Origin: an uncultured bacterium
GTDB taxonomy: Bacteria; Hydrogenedentota; Hydrogenedentia; Hydrogenedentales; CAILVY01
Assembly: GCA_937951485.1 (NCBI GenBank)
Contig: CALEDJ010000045.1
Location: 139,100 to 203,099, forward strand
DNA length: 64,000 bases
Reading direction: 5' to 3'
A program made the position numbers and the translations under genes. Positions 46,593-56,769 of the stretch are shown piece by piece (the stretch's first letter is position 1; every line of letters begins with the position of its first letter). The notes under the pieces were generated by a model. The model was not told the origin of the DNA, ran no database searches, and worked only from the letters and a program-made list of their open reading frames with translations.

Positions 46593-48062
46593 CTAGGAAT
46601 CCTGCAAGTCTTTGGTCAGCCCCTGCATCTCGCGGTTGAATTCCGCCGTGACCTGATGGAAGACCTTGCTGGTGATGCGGGGGATGGTGTCCTGTACATC
46701 GGCATCGAGCGTGCTTTCACAGGTTTCGACGAGCAGCCGGTTGAAGAGTTTCGCGGCATAGCGGGGCATGCGCGTCTTGCTCAATTCCGCGACAATTTCC
46801 GCCCGCGAGATTTCGGGGGCAAAGAGGTCTTGCAGGTCAAAATCCCGCCCATCCTGGTCCGCTTTGCACACGGTGGCGCGCTCGATCAGCATTTCATAGA
46901 GGTGTTCGCCGGACCACTCCAGATGGATCATGTTCGCCTTGTCGGGCCGCGCCAGCAATATCAATTCCGGGTCGCCCTTGCGGATCGGCTCATAGAGTTG
47001 CTCGGGCAGCAGCATCTTGAAGTGGATGCCGGTGGTCTGGAGCATTTTGTTGTTCCACATCGGGCGGATGAACTCCGACATGTGCGCGTAACTGCCCGCA
47101 AGCATGGTCGGTTCGTCCACCTTGTCAATCACGACGGCCACGCGCGCATAGCCCGCCTGCTTGCACACGGCCACGGCCTTGCCCAGCAGGTCGTAACGCG
47201 CGGACTCGCTCAGCGGGTCCGTGCCCTTCATCGCCAGCGGCTGGCTCTTGAGATACTGTGAAGGAATCAGACGGAGCGCCCAGTCCAAATCGGGCAGATC
47301 GCGGTCAATCACCTGCACCGCGGCATGCAGCCGCCGCGCCAGCGCGCGGGTGAGCAGTTTCCGGTAAATCCAATAGCCGCCGAGCGTGCCGATGCACATC
47401 AGCGCCGTCCCCAGTTTGTCGCCGAAGCGCGCCGCGCCCGAAAATAGCCGGTGACGCAGAAGCGTCAGGGTGCGCCGGTATTCATGCGACCGGCTTGGCA
47501 GAAACAGCGCCGCCAGGAACAGCGCATCGTATTTGCTGTGCTCATTCCACGCGCGGGGTCTGCATTCTTTGGAGGACAGCATTTCCTCGAAGTGTCGCAC
47601 GGTTTCCGCGAGGATGGCGTCAATGTGATGGGTAAGTTTCCAGTGTTCTTTGAGATCAGGGTGCGGCGCGTCTTTCCCGCGCATCTTCGACCACATGCCC
47701 CGCGTATGCCGCAGTATCTCTGCCATGCGCCGCTCCCATGCAGAGAGATAGGCGTTGAAATCGTCATAATTGATGAGCAGCGTTTTGCCGTCGCGTGTTG
47801 CCTGATCGCTTGCGTTGAACGCCTTCAGCGCGCTGTCCAGCGCGAGTCGCATGGCGGTTTTGCCGCTGCCTTTGAGGCCGAAGACCACTGAAGTCTGGTT
47901 TCCCGGCGGCGACCCGTAAAACTTCGGCCACTGCGGATGGCCGAAATGAAAGTCCCGCTTTTCCAGCAGCCGCAACAAGACCTCGTCGCCCTGCGCTTCT
48001 TCCGCGTTGGCGAAGGGATTCATCGTCAACCCGTGTTTCTCCAGAAACCGTTCAATTCTCAT
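46593..48062 (-). CDS. membrane-inserted P-loop NTPase (KAP-like topology) with ExeA/MshM-like N-terminal GLTxNPF motif
   Basis: Start chosen at MRIERFLEKHGLTMNPF (RBS AGAGGAAG). Walker A FGLKGSGKT, Walker B VAVVIDKVDE. Two hydrophobic segments (LFLAALFLP; LGTALMCIGTLGGYWIY) inserted between Walker A and B, as in KAP NTPases. Confidence 0.5.
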   Translation of the reverse strand: MRIERFLEKHGLTMNPFANAEEAQGDEVLLRLLEKRDFHFGHPQWPKFYGSPPGNQTSVVFGLKGSGKTAMRLALDSALKAFNASDQATRDGKTLLINYDDFNAYLSAWERRMAEILRHTRGMWSKMRGKDAPHPDLKEHWKLTHHIDAILAETVRHFEEMLSSKECRPRAWNEHSKYDALFLAALFLPSRSHEYRRTLTLLRHRLFSGAARFGDKLGTALMCIGTLGGYWIYRKLLTRALARRLHAAVQVIDRDLPDLDWALRLIPSQYLKSQPLAMKGTDPLSESARYDLLGKAVAVCKQAGYARVAVVIDKVDEPTMLAGSYAHMSEFIRPMWNNKMLQTTGIHFKMLLPEQLYEPIRKGDPELILLARPDKANMIHLEWSGEHLYEMLIERATVCKADQDGRDFDLQDLFAPEISRAEIVAELSKTRMPRYAAKLFNRLLVETCESTLDADVQDTIPRITSKVFHQVTAEFNREMQGLTKDLQDS

Positions 48063-48311
48063 GGCGCTTCCTCTCTTGCAACGAACAGTGCCGCACAGCA
48101 TACGGCATGAACCCGCCCCGGCACAAGCCCCATGCCATGCCCCGTGCCATGCCGGGTATTGATGGTGGAAAGCATGGGGTTCGTGCTTCAGCATGCTGGG
48201 GTGGCATTGACGCTTCGGGCTGTGTCGGCCCCACGCACGCGAAAGCGCAAACACCATGCCGGATGCAGGCACAAGAATTGATTGAGACGGCAATGGTCAT
48301 CGGATATCTTT

Positions 48312-50114
48312 TCAGTGAGGGTCCGATGACGGCTGTGTTTTCGGGATGCGCACAAGCAGACAGGTATTGGGACAGGATGAATCCACCTCGATCGCGCCGT
48401 GGTGCGCTTCGACAATGTCCCGGGAAATACTCAATCCCAAACCGATCCCGCGCCCTTCTTTTTTCGTGGTGAAGAACGGCGTGAAGACCAAATTGCAGTG
48501 GTCGGGGGGAATGCCTGAACCGCTATCCATAACGGCAAATACAACGGCGTCGGCTTCCGCTTTCGCCGTCAGGTTTACCCACTTCTCGGGAAGATTTTCC
48601 ACGGCGTCGTAGGCGTTGTTGAGCAGATTCAGGAGCACCTGCGACAATTGCGAAGGCCGGCATTGCAGTTCGGCGTCGCAGATTTCGCCGAGATTAAGCG
48701 CAATGTTCCCCTTCTTGAAACGGTAATGGCACAATTCCACGGCATCGTCCACTATGCGCCGTACAGACGCGCTTCGGAAAGGGTCCGCCGCAGCCTCCCG
48801 GGAAATGCTCTGCAAGGCGCGCACGATATCGTCCATGCGATCCACATTGCGCACAATGCTTGCCGCGATACGGGGGTATTGCTGTTCGAGTGGTTCGTGA
48901 AGGGAAAAATACTCATGAAGATGCTGGGCGCCCGCGGAAATGACCGCCAGCGGATTCTTGATTTCGTGCGCGATGCCGCCCGCCATCGCCCCCAGCGTGG
49001 CCAGTCGCGCCGCATTCTCCATCTTGAAGCGCTGCTCCATGATCAGGGTTTCATTGCGGACCCGCTCGGTGATGTCCTCGGCCAGGCACAGCAGGTGTTT
49101 CTGATCACCCGCGTGAACACGCGCCAGATGATACTGGAACCAGACATTCTTGCCAAATCCCGTCACCAGATGCACTGCGCCGGACGAAGGTTCGCCCGTG
49201 GAAAGAACCGCCTCCGCCATCTGCAGTATGCCGAATTCACGCCAGGACGCAATCTCGCGAAAATTCTGCCGGAGAAGGTCTTCCTGCGTCGCTCCCAAGG
49301 ATGCCGCTATTGTCGCGTTGGCCACCATGCATTCGCCGGAATCTTTGTACACCAGAATGCCCACCGGCGACGCCGCAATCAAGGTCTGATTGAAATTCAG
49401 CGCATCGATCAAATGCGCCTCGGCCCGTTGGCGCTCTTCTATCTCCTCCTGCAACTGCCGGTTGGACAACGTCAATGCTTTTGTGCGCTCCTCCACGCGC
49501 TGCTCCAATTCCGCGTTCAACAGGCGTAATTCCTGCTGCGCCTGCTCGCGTTCTTTCATTTCGTGCGTCAGCCGCTCATGCTTGCGTTTTGTTTTAAGAT
49601 TGGATTGGTGCACCTCAAAAAGCGACAGGTAAAACCCCATGAACAGCAACGCAAACCCCCCGACAAAAAGGCCCTCTTCGAAAACGATGCCGGTGGGGTC
49701 CAAGCGCGCCAGTATGCGGGCGGGCAGAAGAGTTTCATAGTCTTTTATAAGACTTATTAACTGTGAGAATACAAGAAACAAGGCGCCAATAGAAACGGTG
49801 CGTCGAATCCACGGCGTGATACGCAGCCGCCGTATCACATAAACGGATACGCCCGCCCACGCGCAAATGGCCAGAAGCGTCAGCGTGCCGGTTACCGCAT
49901 AGGGCGCCGCATAATACTGATAGAGGAAGCGCCCCAGGAGTTCGAATCCGGCGGCAAACACCACGCCGATTCCCAGGATTCCGGCCAAGTGCCCCGCGCG
50001 AACAGGATAGTCCTCCTGTCGGCGTGTTCCGGCATCCCTATCATCGGGCGTCACAGCAGGGTCACGGAATAGATTCGTCGCCATTTTAACCCCATACACC
50101 CACGCCACGGGCAA
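48312..50114 (-). CDS. membrane PAS-domain sensor histidine kinase
   Basis: Four N-terminal TM segments, coiled-coil, PAS, HisKA (...AAGIAHEIKNPL...) and HATPase_c (...GRGIGLGLSISRDI...). Confidence 0.85.
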   Translation of the reverse strand: MPVAWVYGVKMATNLFRDPAVTPDDRDAGTRRQEDYPVRAGHLAGILGIGVVFAAGFELLGRFLYQYYAAPYAVTGTLTLLAICAWAGVSVYVIRRLRITPWIRRTVSIGALFLVFSQLISLIKDYETLLPARILARLDPTGIVFEEGLFVGGFALLFMGFYLSLFEVHQSNLKTKRKHERLTHEMKEREQAQQELRLLNAELEQRVEERTKALTLSNRQLQEEIEERQRAEAHLIDALNFNQTLIAASPVGILVYKDSGECMVANATIAASLGATQEDLLRQNFREIASWREFGILQMAEAVLSTGEPSSGAVHLVTGFGKNVWFQYHLARVHAGDQKHLLCLAEDITERVRNETLIMEQRFKMENAARLATLGAMAGGIAHEIKNPLAVISAGAQHLHEYFSLHEPLEQQYPRIAASIVRNVDRMDDIVRALQSISREAAADPFRSASVRRIVDDAVELCHYRFKKGNIALNLGEICDAELQCRPSQLSQVLLNLLNNAYDAVENLPEKWVNLTAKAEADAVVFAVMDSGSGIPPDHCNLVFTPFFTTKKEGRGIGLGLSISRDIVEAHHGAIEVDSSCPNTCLLVRIPKTQPSSDPH

Positions 50115-50545
50115 CCATGCAGAAATACAAATGCGCTTGCGCCAAATGCCTTTCAGAGAGGTTCATGTCTGTTCCCCAGAATAAACCCGACCGGCGTGCG
50201 CCTTCCGCGCCTCGCAACATGCTCCCGGCGTAACGCGCCTTACCGGATAGAGTTGGCAACTCGTTCCTTCCGTGCTCATTCTAGCGCGTCGCATGGTTGA
50301 GGTCAATAGGCAGGACAAGAAAGTATGACCTGCGGCGTTGGCATTGAACGCGCCTTTTTCATGGCGGCGCGTCATGCCGCCCGGTGGAAAGCGGTGGCAA
50401 GGCACCGCTGTCCAAAAAAAACATTGACTTTGCATCCGTTTCCTCATGCTGAAATGTTACGCACATTTTAAGTGACGGGTTTCGGCGACATGTGCTAGGA
50501 TCAGTCAGGCGATTGGAAACCGCGGTACAAGGAGACCTCCATATC

Positions 50546-51280
50546 ATGGCGATGATACGAATCACGGGCGTGCAAATGATCGTGTCCCCCACCAAAAGCG
50601 AAAACCTGCCGAAAATACTGAAGTACATTCAGGAAAGCGATTGCGACTTCATTGTATTTCCGGAGATGAGCCTGACAGGCTACAACAACGATTTCAGTGA
50701 TGCGCGCACCCAGGAGGCGTGGCGGCAGATCGCGACCGCATGCCGCCAGCATTATGTCACGGCGATTATCGGCACCGGCGCGCGCGCGGACGGTGTCACC
50801 TATATCCAGTCACGGATTTACACGGGCAAGGGCGAACTGCTTGGCACCCACGAGAAACTGGTGCCGACGGAGGGCGACCGGAAATGGTGCCGACCGGGCG
50901 AAGAACTGCGGGTCTTCTCGCATATGGGCATCACCTTTGGCTGCCTGATCTGCAATGACCTTTGGGTGACGCCCGGCTGTGGCCCCTATCCCGATCCCCG
51001 TCTCACGTATCAACTGGGCCAGCGCGGCGCCCAGGTGATTTTTCACAGCGCCAACACAGGCGGCCATTCGGCCCGGGACAAACGCCATTTCGCCTACCAC
51101 GACGCCAATCTCCGCCTGCGCGCCCTGGAAAGCAATCTTTATATCGTCACCGTCAATGCCGCACTGCCCGACAAGCCCATCAACGCGCCGTCAGGCGTGG
51201 TTTCGCCCAAAGGCGAATGGCTCGTGCAGTGTCCGCTGATCGGAGAACAGGTGTTTTCCTACGATCTCGAAATTGAATAG
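50546..51280 (+). CDS. carbon-nitrogen hydrolase (nitrilase superfamily) protein
   Basis: ...FIVFPEMSLTGY... catalytic Glu region, ...GCLICNDLW... catalytic Cys; AAGGAGA RBS before ATG 50546. Confidence 0.8.
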   Translation: MAMIRITGVQMIVSPTKSENLPKILKYIQESDCDFIVFPEMSLTGYNNDFSDARTQEAWRQIATACRQHYVTAIIGTGARADGVTYIQSRIYTGKGELLGTHEKLVPTEGDRKWCRPGEELRVFSHMGITFGCLICNDLWVTPGCGPYPDPRLTYQLGQRGAQVIFHSANTGGHSARDKRHFAYHDANLRLRALESNLYIVTVNAALPDKPINAPSGVVSPKGEWLVQCPLIGEQVFSYDLEIE

Positions 51281-51735
51281 CGACGGCCGCAGGCCGCCCG
51301 GGAGGCAACCATGTTGAATCCAGGCGTGGCGGCAGGTGGAGCCCTGCCGGCGGACGGGGCAGCAGCGCTGCTGTCGGCATGGCACAGGGACAAGGGCCAC
51401 CCTGTGCCAGGCGTCTCCGTGGCGCGGACCGCGAGGTTGGCGATGGGGCACACTTCCGGAAAGCAGCGAGGAAGCGGCTCAAAAACAGAACTGACCTCCG
51501 CGAGGCCATGACGTTCTTGATTGGAGCAACAGCGTCATGCGAGTGAAGTGGCATTTGATCGCATAGGGACAATTATCAGGCGGCGGTATCGCAGGAAGAG
51601 AACAGGCCCTGCCGGAAATGAAAATTTCTGACGGAGGCCTCATCGGGAATCCTGTACATTCCAAGTGAGCATTTTCCCATGTCAGATAAAATATTTCGTT
51701 TCGCAGGTGCATCGTGAAGGGGCCAGGCAGGTATA

Positions 51736-52449
51736 ATGGAAAATACAATGATCGCGCATTTGACCAAGACGGTGTTTGTGGAAGCGGCGCATTACAACCC
51801 ACAAGGCGATCCGGCGCAACAACGGCTGCATGGCCACAGTTTCCGGATTGACATTCAGGCCAGAGGGACGGTGGACCCCGCCGTGGGCTGGGTGGTGGAC
51901 TACGCGGAGATCAAGGAGACCTTTGCGCCGTTGATTCGACTGCTGGACCACGGGTATCTGAACGAGATTCACGGCCTGGAGGATGTGCCGACGCTTGAAG
52001 GGTTGCGGCGGTGGCTGGAAGCCGGCATTGCGCCGCGTCCCGATTGGCTGCTGGGGATGCGTGTATCCATCGCGGGCGATTTGTGTTTTCGCCCGGTGCG
52101 GTTCCCCGCCGACCAGCAAGCGGAACTCCCCGAACGCATCGGTTTCAGTTTCGAGGCGGCGCAATCGCTGCCGCAGTTGCCGGAGGGTCATCCCTGCCGC
52201 CGCATTCACGGGCACAGTTACCGCATGGAAGCGGCCGCGCCGGACCTTGCCGGACTTCAGCCGCACCTTGCGGACATCTATGACGCGCTGGACCATCGTT
52301 TCCTCAATGATGTGGATGGGCTGGAGCAGGCGACCTGCGAGCGTATCGCCCAATGGGTCTGGGGCCGCCTCAAGTCGCGCGGCGTCCCGATCACGTTTGT
52401 CGGCATCCGGGAAACCCCCAGCGCCCAGTGCCGGTATTACGGCGAATGA
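51736..52449 (+). CDS. queD: tandem-domain 6-carboxy-5,6,7,8-tetrahydropterin synthase (QueD / PTPS family)
   Basis: Two PTPS-like halves, each with a HGH motif (RLHGHSFRID; RIHGHSYRME). Confidence 0.7.
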   Translation: MENTMIAHLTKTVFVEAAHYNPQGDPAQQRLHGHSFRIDIQARGTVDPAVGWVVDYAEIKETFAPLIRLLDHGYLNEIHGLEDVPTLEGLRRWLEAGIAPRPDWLLGMRVSIAGDLCFRPVRFPADQQAELPERIGFSFEAAQSLPQLPEGHPCRRIHGHSYRMEAAAPDLAGLQPHLADIYDALDHRFLNDVDGLEQATCERIAQWVWGRLKSRGVPITFVGIRETPSAQCRYYGE

Positions 52450-52592
52450 ACCTGCTATAATGCGGGTGCAGCCGTATCCATCGCGTCATGTCTGCGCTAT
52501 CGGGAATCCGGAAAAACTTTGGGCGTCCCCTGAGAAGCGGAAAAATTCGCCCATGAGGCAGCGTCGGGATGCGGCGCAATGGAAGAGGGCAC

Positions 52593-53066
52593 ATGGATAT
52601 GCCACCGATTCGAGACCAGTTCCAGGCGCAGGACCGGACCCTGCCATTCCAGGGGCCTGAAGCCATTGACGCCTCGTGCCTGGCGTGTTTCGCCTACGAA
52701 TATCACGACACGCCGCACGGCGAAGCCATGGAAATCGTCACCACCACGAGCGAATTTACGTCGGTTTGCCCGTTTTCCGGGCTGCCCGACTTCGCCACCG
52801 TGACGATTCGTTATGTGCCGGACCGGCATTGCATCGAACTGCGTTCGCTCAAGTACTATCTCCTGTCCTATCGCAATGTCGGCATCTGGTACGAACATCT
52901 GGTCAACAGGATGCTGGAAGACCTCGTATTCGCCTGCCGGCCCCGCCGCATGCGCATCGAAATCGTCTGCGCCCCGCGCGGCGGCCTGGCCAGCACCGTC
53001 GCCGCAGCCTACGACCGCGACACAATGGGGCCTGCTGAAATGTTGCGGGAGCGAACGGCAACCTGA
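52593..53066 (+). CDS. queF: NADPH-dependent 7-cyano-7-deazaguanine reductase
   Basis: ...TSVCPFSGLPDFATV... QueF catalytic Cys motif; GGAAGAGGG RBS before ATG 52593. Confidence 0.8.
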   Translation: MDMPPIRDQFQAQDRTLPFQGPEAIDASCLACFAYEYHDTPHGEAMEIVTTTSEFTSVCPFSGLPDFATVTIRYVPDRHCIELRSLKYYLLSYRNVGIWYEHLVNRMLEDLVFACRPRRMRIEIVCAPRGGLASTVAAAYDRDTMGPAEMLRERTAT

Positions 53067-55082
53067 TTATCCCGCCGGGGCAAGCGCCGCGTGGCGCGGC
53101 AGAGAGATGATGAAGGTGGCGCCGGTCGGTCCCATGCGGGAATCCGTGTTCGATTCGACGCGGATGTCGCCGGAATGCATTTTCACAATGCCGTAAGTGA
53201 TCGCGAGACCGAGTCCGGTGCCTTTGCCGTAGGGTTTGGTGGTGAAGAACGGCTCGAAAATTTTATCGGCGTGTTCCTTGGGAATGCCCGGCCCGGTGTC
53301 GCGCACGCGCAATTCCACGCGATTGTTGTTGCCCACCGTCTGAATGTCCAGGCGGCCGCCGTTGGGCATGGCGGCGCATGCATTGCCGATCAGGTTACCC
53401 AGGGCCTGCATGATCTGGTCCTCGTCGAGGTCCGCCACCGGATCGTCCACATTGTGTTCCACCTTCACGGTGATATTATCGGGAATCACGACGGCCTTCA
53501 GGCTGCGGTCTATCAGTTCCCGCAGGTCCGTTCCCCTGCGCGACACCTTGTTCTGACGCGCAAAATGGAGCAGGCCCGACACGATTTTTTTGCATCGGTC
53601 CGCCTGTTCCTTGATCATTTTCAAATCTTCCATCAGTTCGGGGTTGTTCTCCTGCTCCTGCTCCAGAATGTGCGCGTACATCAGGACCACGCCCAGCGGG
53701 TTATTCAATTCATGGGCGATGCCGGCGGCGAGTTGCCCCATGCTCGCCAGTTTCTCCGCCTGCATCAGGGTTTCCTGGGTCTTTGTCAGGGCTTCGTTGG
53801 ATATGGCGAGGTTCTCAATGGTTTCCCGGAGCCGTTCGATGGTATGGGGAAGGCACATCTCGCTTTCCGCCAGTCCCTTGTAGATTGCGATACCGTGTTC
53901 CCGACAGGTCTCATAGCCGCACGCCCCGCAGTTCAGTTCATCTTCAGGCACATACTTGCCCATCCGTTCCAGGATGGCGGCCAGTTCGCGCGGCGACGGC
54001 TCGGCCACGCGCTGGTCATCCGGTTGGTAGGCGCGGCCAAGGTCAAGGTCCGCGAACTCGGCCATCCACCGCCGCCAACGGGGATAGTCCAGACGTTCCA
54101 GGCGCCGGCGCACGAACTGGCTGACGCGTGTGCGGCGACGAAAGAGCGGTTCGCAACTCGTTGTGCCCGGCCCCATGATGCACCCTTCGCAGGCAAGCAC
54201 TTCGAGCAGGCGCAGGCCGCTGTGATCGGTTTGAAACGCCTTGATGGCGTCCACAAAGCCGCTGCGCCCCCCCGCCACCACCACGTCGCATGCGGCGAGG
54301 TCTTCGGAAATTTCCGCCGCCTGAAGCAACCCGTGGCTAATCGGGAAAAGCGCCCCCGGTCCCGCGTGCGGCGGGTCAAAGTCGCTCGGCTCCACGCAAT
54401 GCCGCGACAAATCGCGCTCGCCCGCCATCTGCCGCAACTCCACGAAAGTCAGCACCGCGTCCACTTCATCGGCGAGCGTGGGGCTTATCGCTTCATTCTT
54501 CTTCGCGATGCATGGCCCCACGAAAACCGTTTTCAGATGCTGCCCGTGAAGGCGCCGCAAGGCGCGCGCCGTCGCCACCATCGGCGACACCACCGGCGCC
54601 AGAAACCGGGTCAATTCGGGAAAATACCGCTCTACATACGCCACAATGGCGGGGCAGGTTGTTGCGATATGACTCCGTCCGTCATCCTGCTGCATCAGGC
54701 GGCGGTAACGGTCTGCCACCAGGTCCGCTCCAAAGGCCACCTCGACCACATAATCGAAGCCGATCGCGCGGAGAATGCCCGTCAGGTCACGGTAGTCCCA
54801 GTCCGTGAACTCCGCCGGAAAACTCGGCGCGACCATCGCCGCCACCTTGGCATTGCCCGCCAGCAGCCGCCGCACATCCACCGTGGAATCATAGACCTGT
54901 TTGGCGTGCTGTCCGCAGACCCGCACGCAGTTGCCGCAGCCGATGCAGCGCCCGCTGATCACCTCGGCCTGCCCGTCCACGATGCGAATCGCCTTGGCCG
55001 GGCATTCCCGCACGCAGGTGTAGCACACCCGGCACCGTTCCCGGATCGTGCTGACCAAAGGTATTCTGGACGAATTCTTCAT
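53067..55082 (-). CDS. sensory [FeFe]-hydrogenase-like (H-cluster domain) / 2x[4Fe-4S] ferredoxin domain fused to histidine kinase
   Basis: N-terminal CxxCxxCxxxCP x2. H-cluster-like motifs TTCPAI, GPCIAKKNE (MPCxxKxxE), EVLACEGCIMGPG (ExMACxxGCxxG). C-terminal HisKA ...AAGIAHELNNPL... and HATPase ...GTGLGLAITYGI... Confidence 0.75.
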   Translation of the reverse strand: MKNSSRIPLVSTIRERCRVCYTCVRECPAKAIRIVDGQAEVISGRCIGCGNCVRVCGQHAKQVYDSTVDVRRLLAGNAKVAAMVAPSFPAEFTDWDYRDLTGILRAIGFDYVVEVAFGADLVADRYRRLMQQDDGRSHIATTCPAIVAYVERYFPELTRFLAPVVSPMVATARALRRLHGQHLKTVFVGPCIAKKNEAISPTLADEVDAVLTFVELRQMAGERDLSRHCVEPSDFDPPHAGPGALFPISHGLLQAAEISEDLAACDVVVAGGRSGFVDAIKAFQTDHSGLRLLEVLACEGCIMGPGTTSCEPLFRRRTRVSQFVRRRLERLDYPRWRRWMAEFADLDLGRAYQPDDQRVAEPSPRELAAILERMGKYVPEDELNCGACGYETCREHGIAIYKGLAESEMCLPHTIERLRETIENLAISNEALTKTQETLMQAEKLASMGQLAAGIAHELNNPLGVVLMYAHILEQEQENNPELMEDLKMIKEQADRCKKIVSGLLHFARQNKVSRRGTDLRELIDRSLKAVVIPDNITVKVEHNVDDPVADLDEDQIMQALGNLIGNACAAMPNGGRLDIQTVGNNNRVELRVRDTGPGIPKEHADKIFEPFFTTKPYGKGTGLGLAITYGIVKMHSGDIRVESNTDSRMGPTGATFIISLPRHAALAPAG

Positions 55083-55153
55083 GCTTTCCTCTGCGTCCGA
55101 CTTTTCACCAGTGTACCATCATTCCCGACATCCCCGCATCCAGATCATCAGAA

Positions 55154-55244
55154 ACGCACTGCGCCTTCCGCACTCCGCATTCCGCATTCCGCATTCCGCA
55201 CTGCGCACTGCGCACTGCGCATTCCGCACTCCGCATGGCGCGCA
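55154..55244. repeat. heptanucleotide tandem repeat (SCGCAYT) x ~12 in a divergent promoter region
   Basis: ccgcact/ccgcatt/gcgcact units iterated with a 7-bp period between the kinase start (55082, minus) and the DegT start (55354, plus). Confidence 0.85.
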
Positions 55245-55353
55245 ATTGAATTGCCCATCCACGGCGGGGTATGCTTTTCTTCAATGATGCGGTGCATCTC
55301 CGGGCCGGGCGCGCCGGCGTTTTTCTGGAACCAATCTGCAAAGGAGCAGTGTT

Positions 55354-56667
55354 ATGGCGAAACTTGCAATTTGTGGCGGTAAATCGCTCTGCGGCAGGAA
55401 CAAGAAATGGGCGACGTGGCCCATCAGCGACGAAAAGGACGCGGAACTGGTCGCAAAAATCACGCGGTCGAACCGGTGGTCTTTCGACGGGCCGGTCGAG
55501 TGGCGCTTTGCGGAGGCCTTCACGAAATATCAGACGGCGAAGTACGGGCTGTGCTGCGCCAACGGCACCGTCGGCATCCAGATCGCGCTGGAGGCTCTGG
55601 GCATCGGCGCGTATGACGAGGTGATTGTGCCGGGCATGACCTGGCAGGCGACCGCCGCAGCCTGTATTGACGTGAATGCCGTGCCCGTGCTCGTGGATGT
55701 GGAACCGGATACCTGGAATCTGGACCTCGACGCCGTGGAGGCCGCCATCACGAAGCGCACGAAAGCGATTATCGTTGTGCATCTCTACGGCTGCATGACC
55801 GACCTGGACCGCCTGCAGCGCATCTGCCGGAAGCACAATCTGTATCTGATTGAGGATTGCGCGCATCAGCACGGTTCCTTCTGGAGGGGCAGGGGCGTCG
55901 GATCCTTCGGCGATGTCAGTTCGTGGAGTTTCCAGGAATCCAAGGTGCTCTCCAGCGGCGAGGGCGGCTTCAACATGTGCAAAACGAAGGAACTTTTCTA
56001 CAAGATTTACAGCCTGCGCAACTGCGGCCGTTCCTATCCCGCCGACCCGCCGGTCTTCGGCCTGAACAAGGCGGTGGGCATGGAGACCACGCTGCAATCC
56101 GGCAACTACCGCCTGACGGAATGGCAGGCGGCCCTGCTGCTCGGCGGTCTGGGCCGACTCGACAAGCAGGTGAAACTGCGCGACGCCAACGCGCAATACC
56201 TTAATGCGCAATTGGCGGAGATTCCCGGCATTCTGCCGATGCGCCGACGCAAGGAGGTGACCCAACAGAGTTACTTTAATTTCACCTTCCGCCTGGACCC
56301 GAAAGAACTGGGTATCATCAACACGCAGTTCTGCGCCGCGCTCAACGCCGAACTGAATACCGGCGATGCGTGGGAAATCCCCTATGACCCGCTCAACAAC
56401 TGCGGCTTGTACAAGCCGCTGACAAAAGCGCGCCACAGGTTGAACGGCGAGTACTGGAAGGCAATCAATCCCCGGCGCTTCAAGTTGCCGGTCTGCGAAG
56501 ACGCCAACGAGCGGTCGGGCGTTGCGGTGCACCATGTCGCGCTGATGAACACCAAAGAAGACATGGACCTGATTGCGGCCGCGGTGAAGAAAATCGTGGA
56601 CAACATCCAGGAAGTGCGCAGCCTGAACATCGGACCGCAGAAGAAATACCAGGCGCTTTCGCGCTGA
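55354..56667 (+). CDS. DegT/DnrJ/EryC1/StrS-family PLP-dependent sugar aminotransferase
   Basis: 437 aa; ...SFQESKVLSSGEGG... PLP-lysine region; DegT fold pattern. Confidence 0.85.
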   Translation: MAKLAICGGKSLCGRNKKWATWPISDEKDAELVAKITRSNRWSFDGPVEWRFAEAFTKYQTAKYGLCCANGTVGIQIALEALGIGAYDEVIVPGMTWQATAAACIDVNAVPVLVDVEPDTWNLDLDAVEAAITKRTKAIIVVHLYGCMTDLDRLQRICRKHNLYLIEDCAHQHGSFWRGRGVGSFGDVSSWSFQESKVLSSGEGGFNMCKTKELFYKIYSLRNCGRSYPADPPVFGLNKAVGMETTLQSGNYRLTEWQAALLLGGLGRLDKQVKLRDANAQYLNAQLAEIPGILPMRRRKEVTQQSYFNFTFRLDPKELGIINTQFCAALNAELNTGDAWEIPYDPLNNCGLYKPLTKARHRLNGEYWKAINPRRFKLPVCEDANERSGVAVHHVALMNTKEDMDLIAAAVKKIVDNIQEVRSLNIGPQKKYQALSR

Positions 56668-56769
56668 ATACCGCCATCTTCGCGGCCGTCGGCCGCGTGT
56701 GCTATGCTGTGCATCGGGGACGGAATGCCGCCCCCGATGCTGTCTTTTCAGGCAGGAGGGAGGCGCGCC

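Noticed and set aside
51281-51735. preQ1 riboswitch upstream of queD-queF
   Set aside because: I could not find the short hairpin plus A-rich tail of preQ1-I/II aptamers in this 455-bp leader. An Rfam scan would be needed to be decisive.
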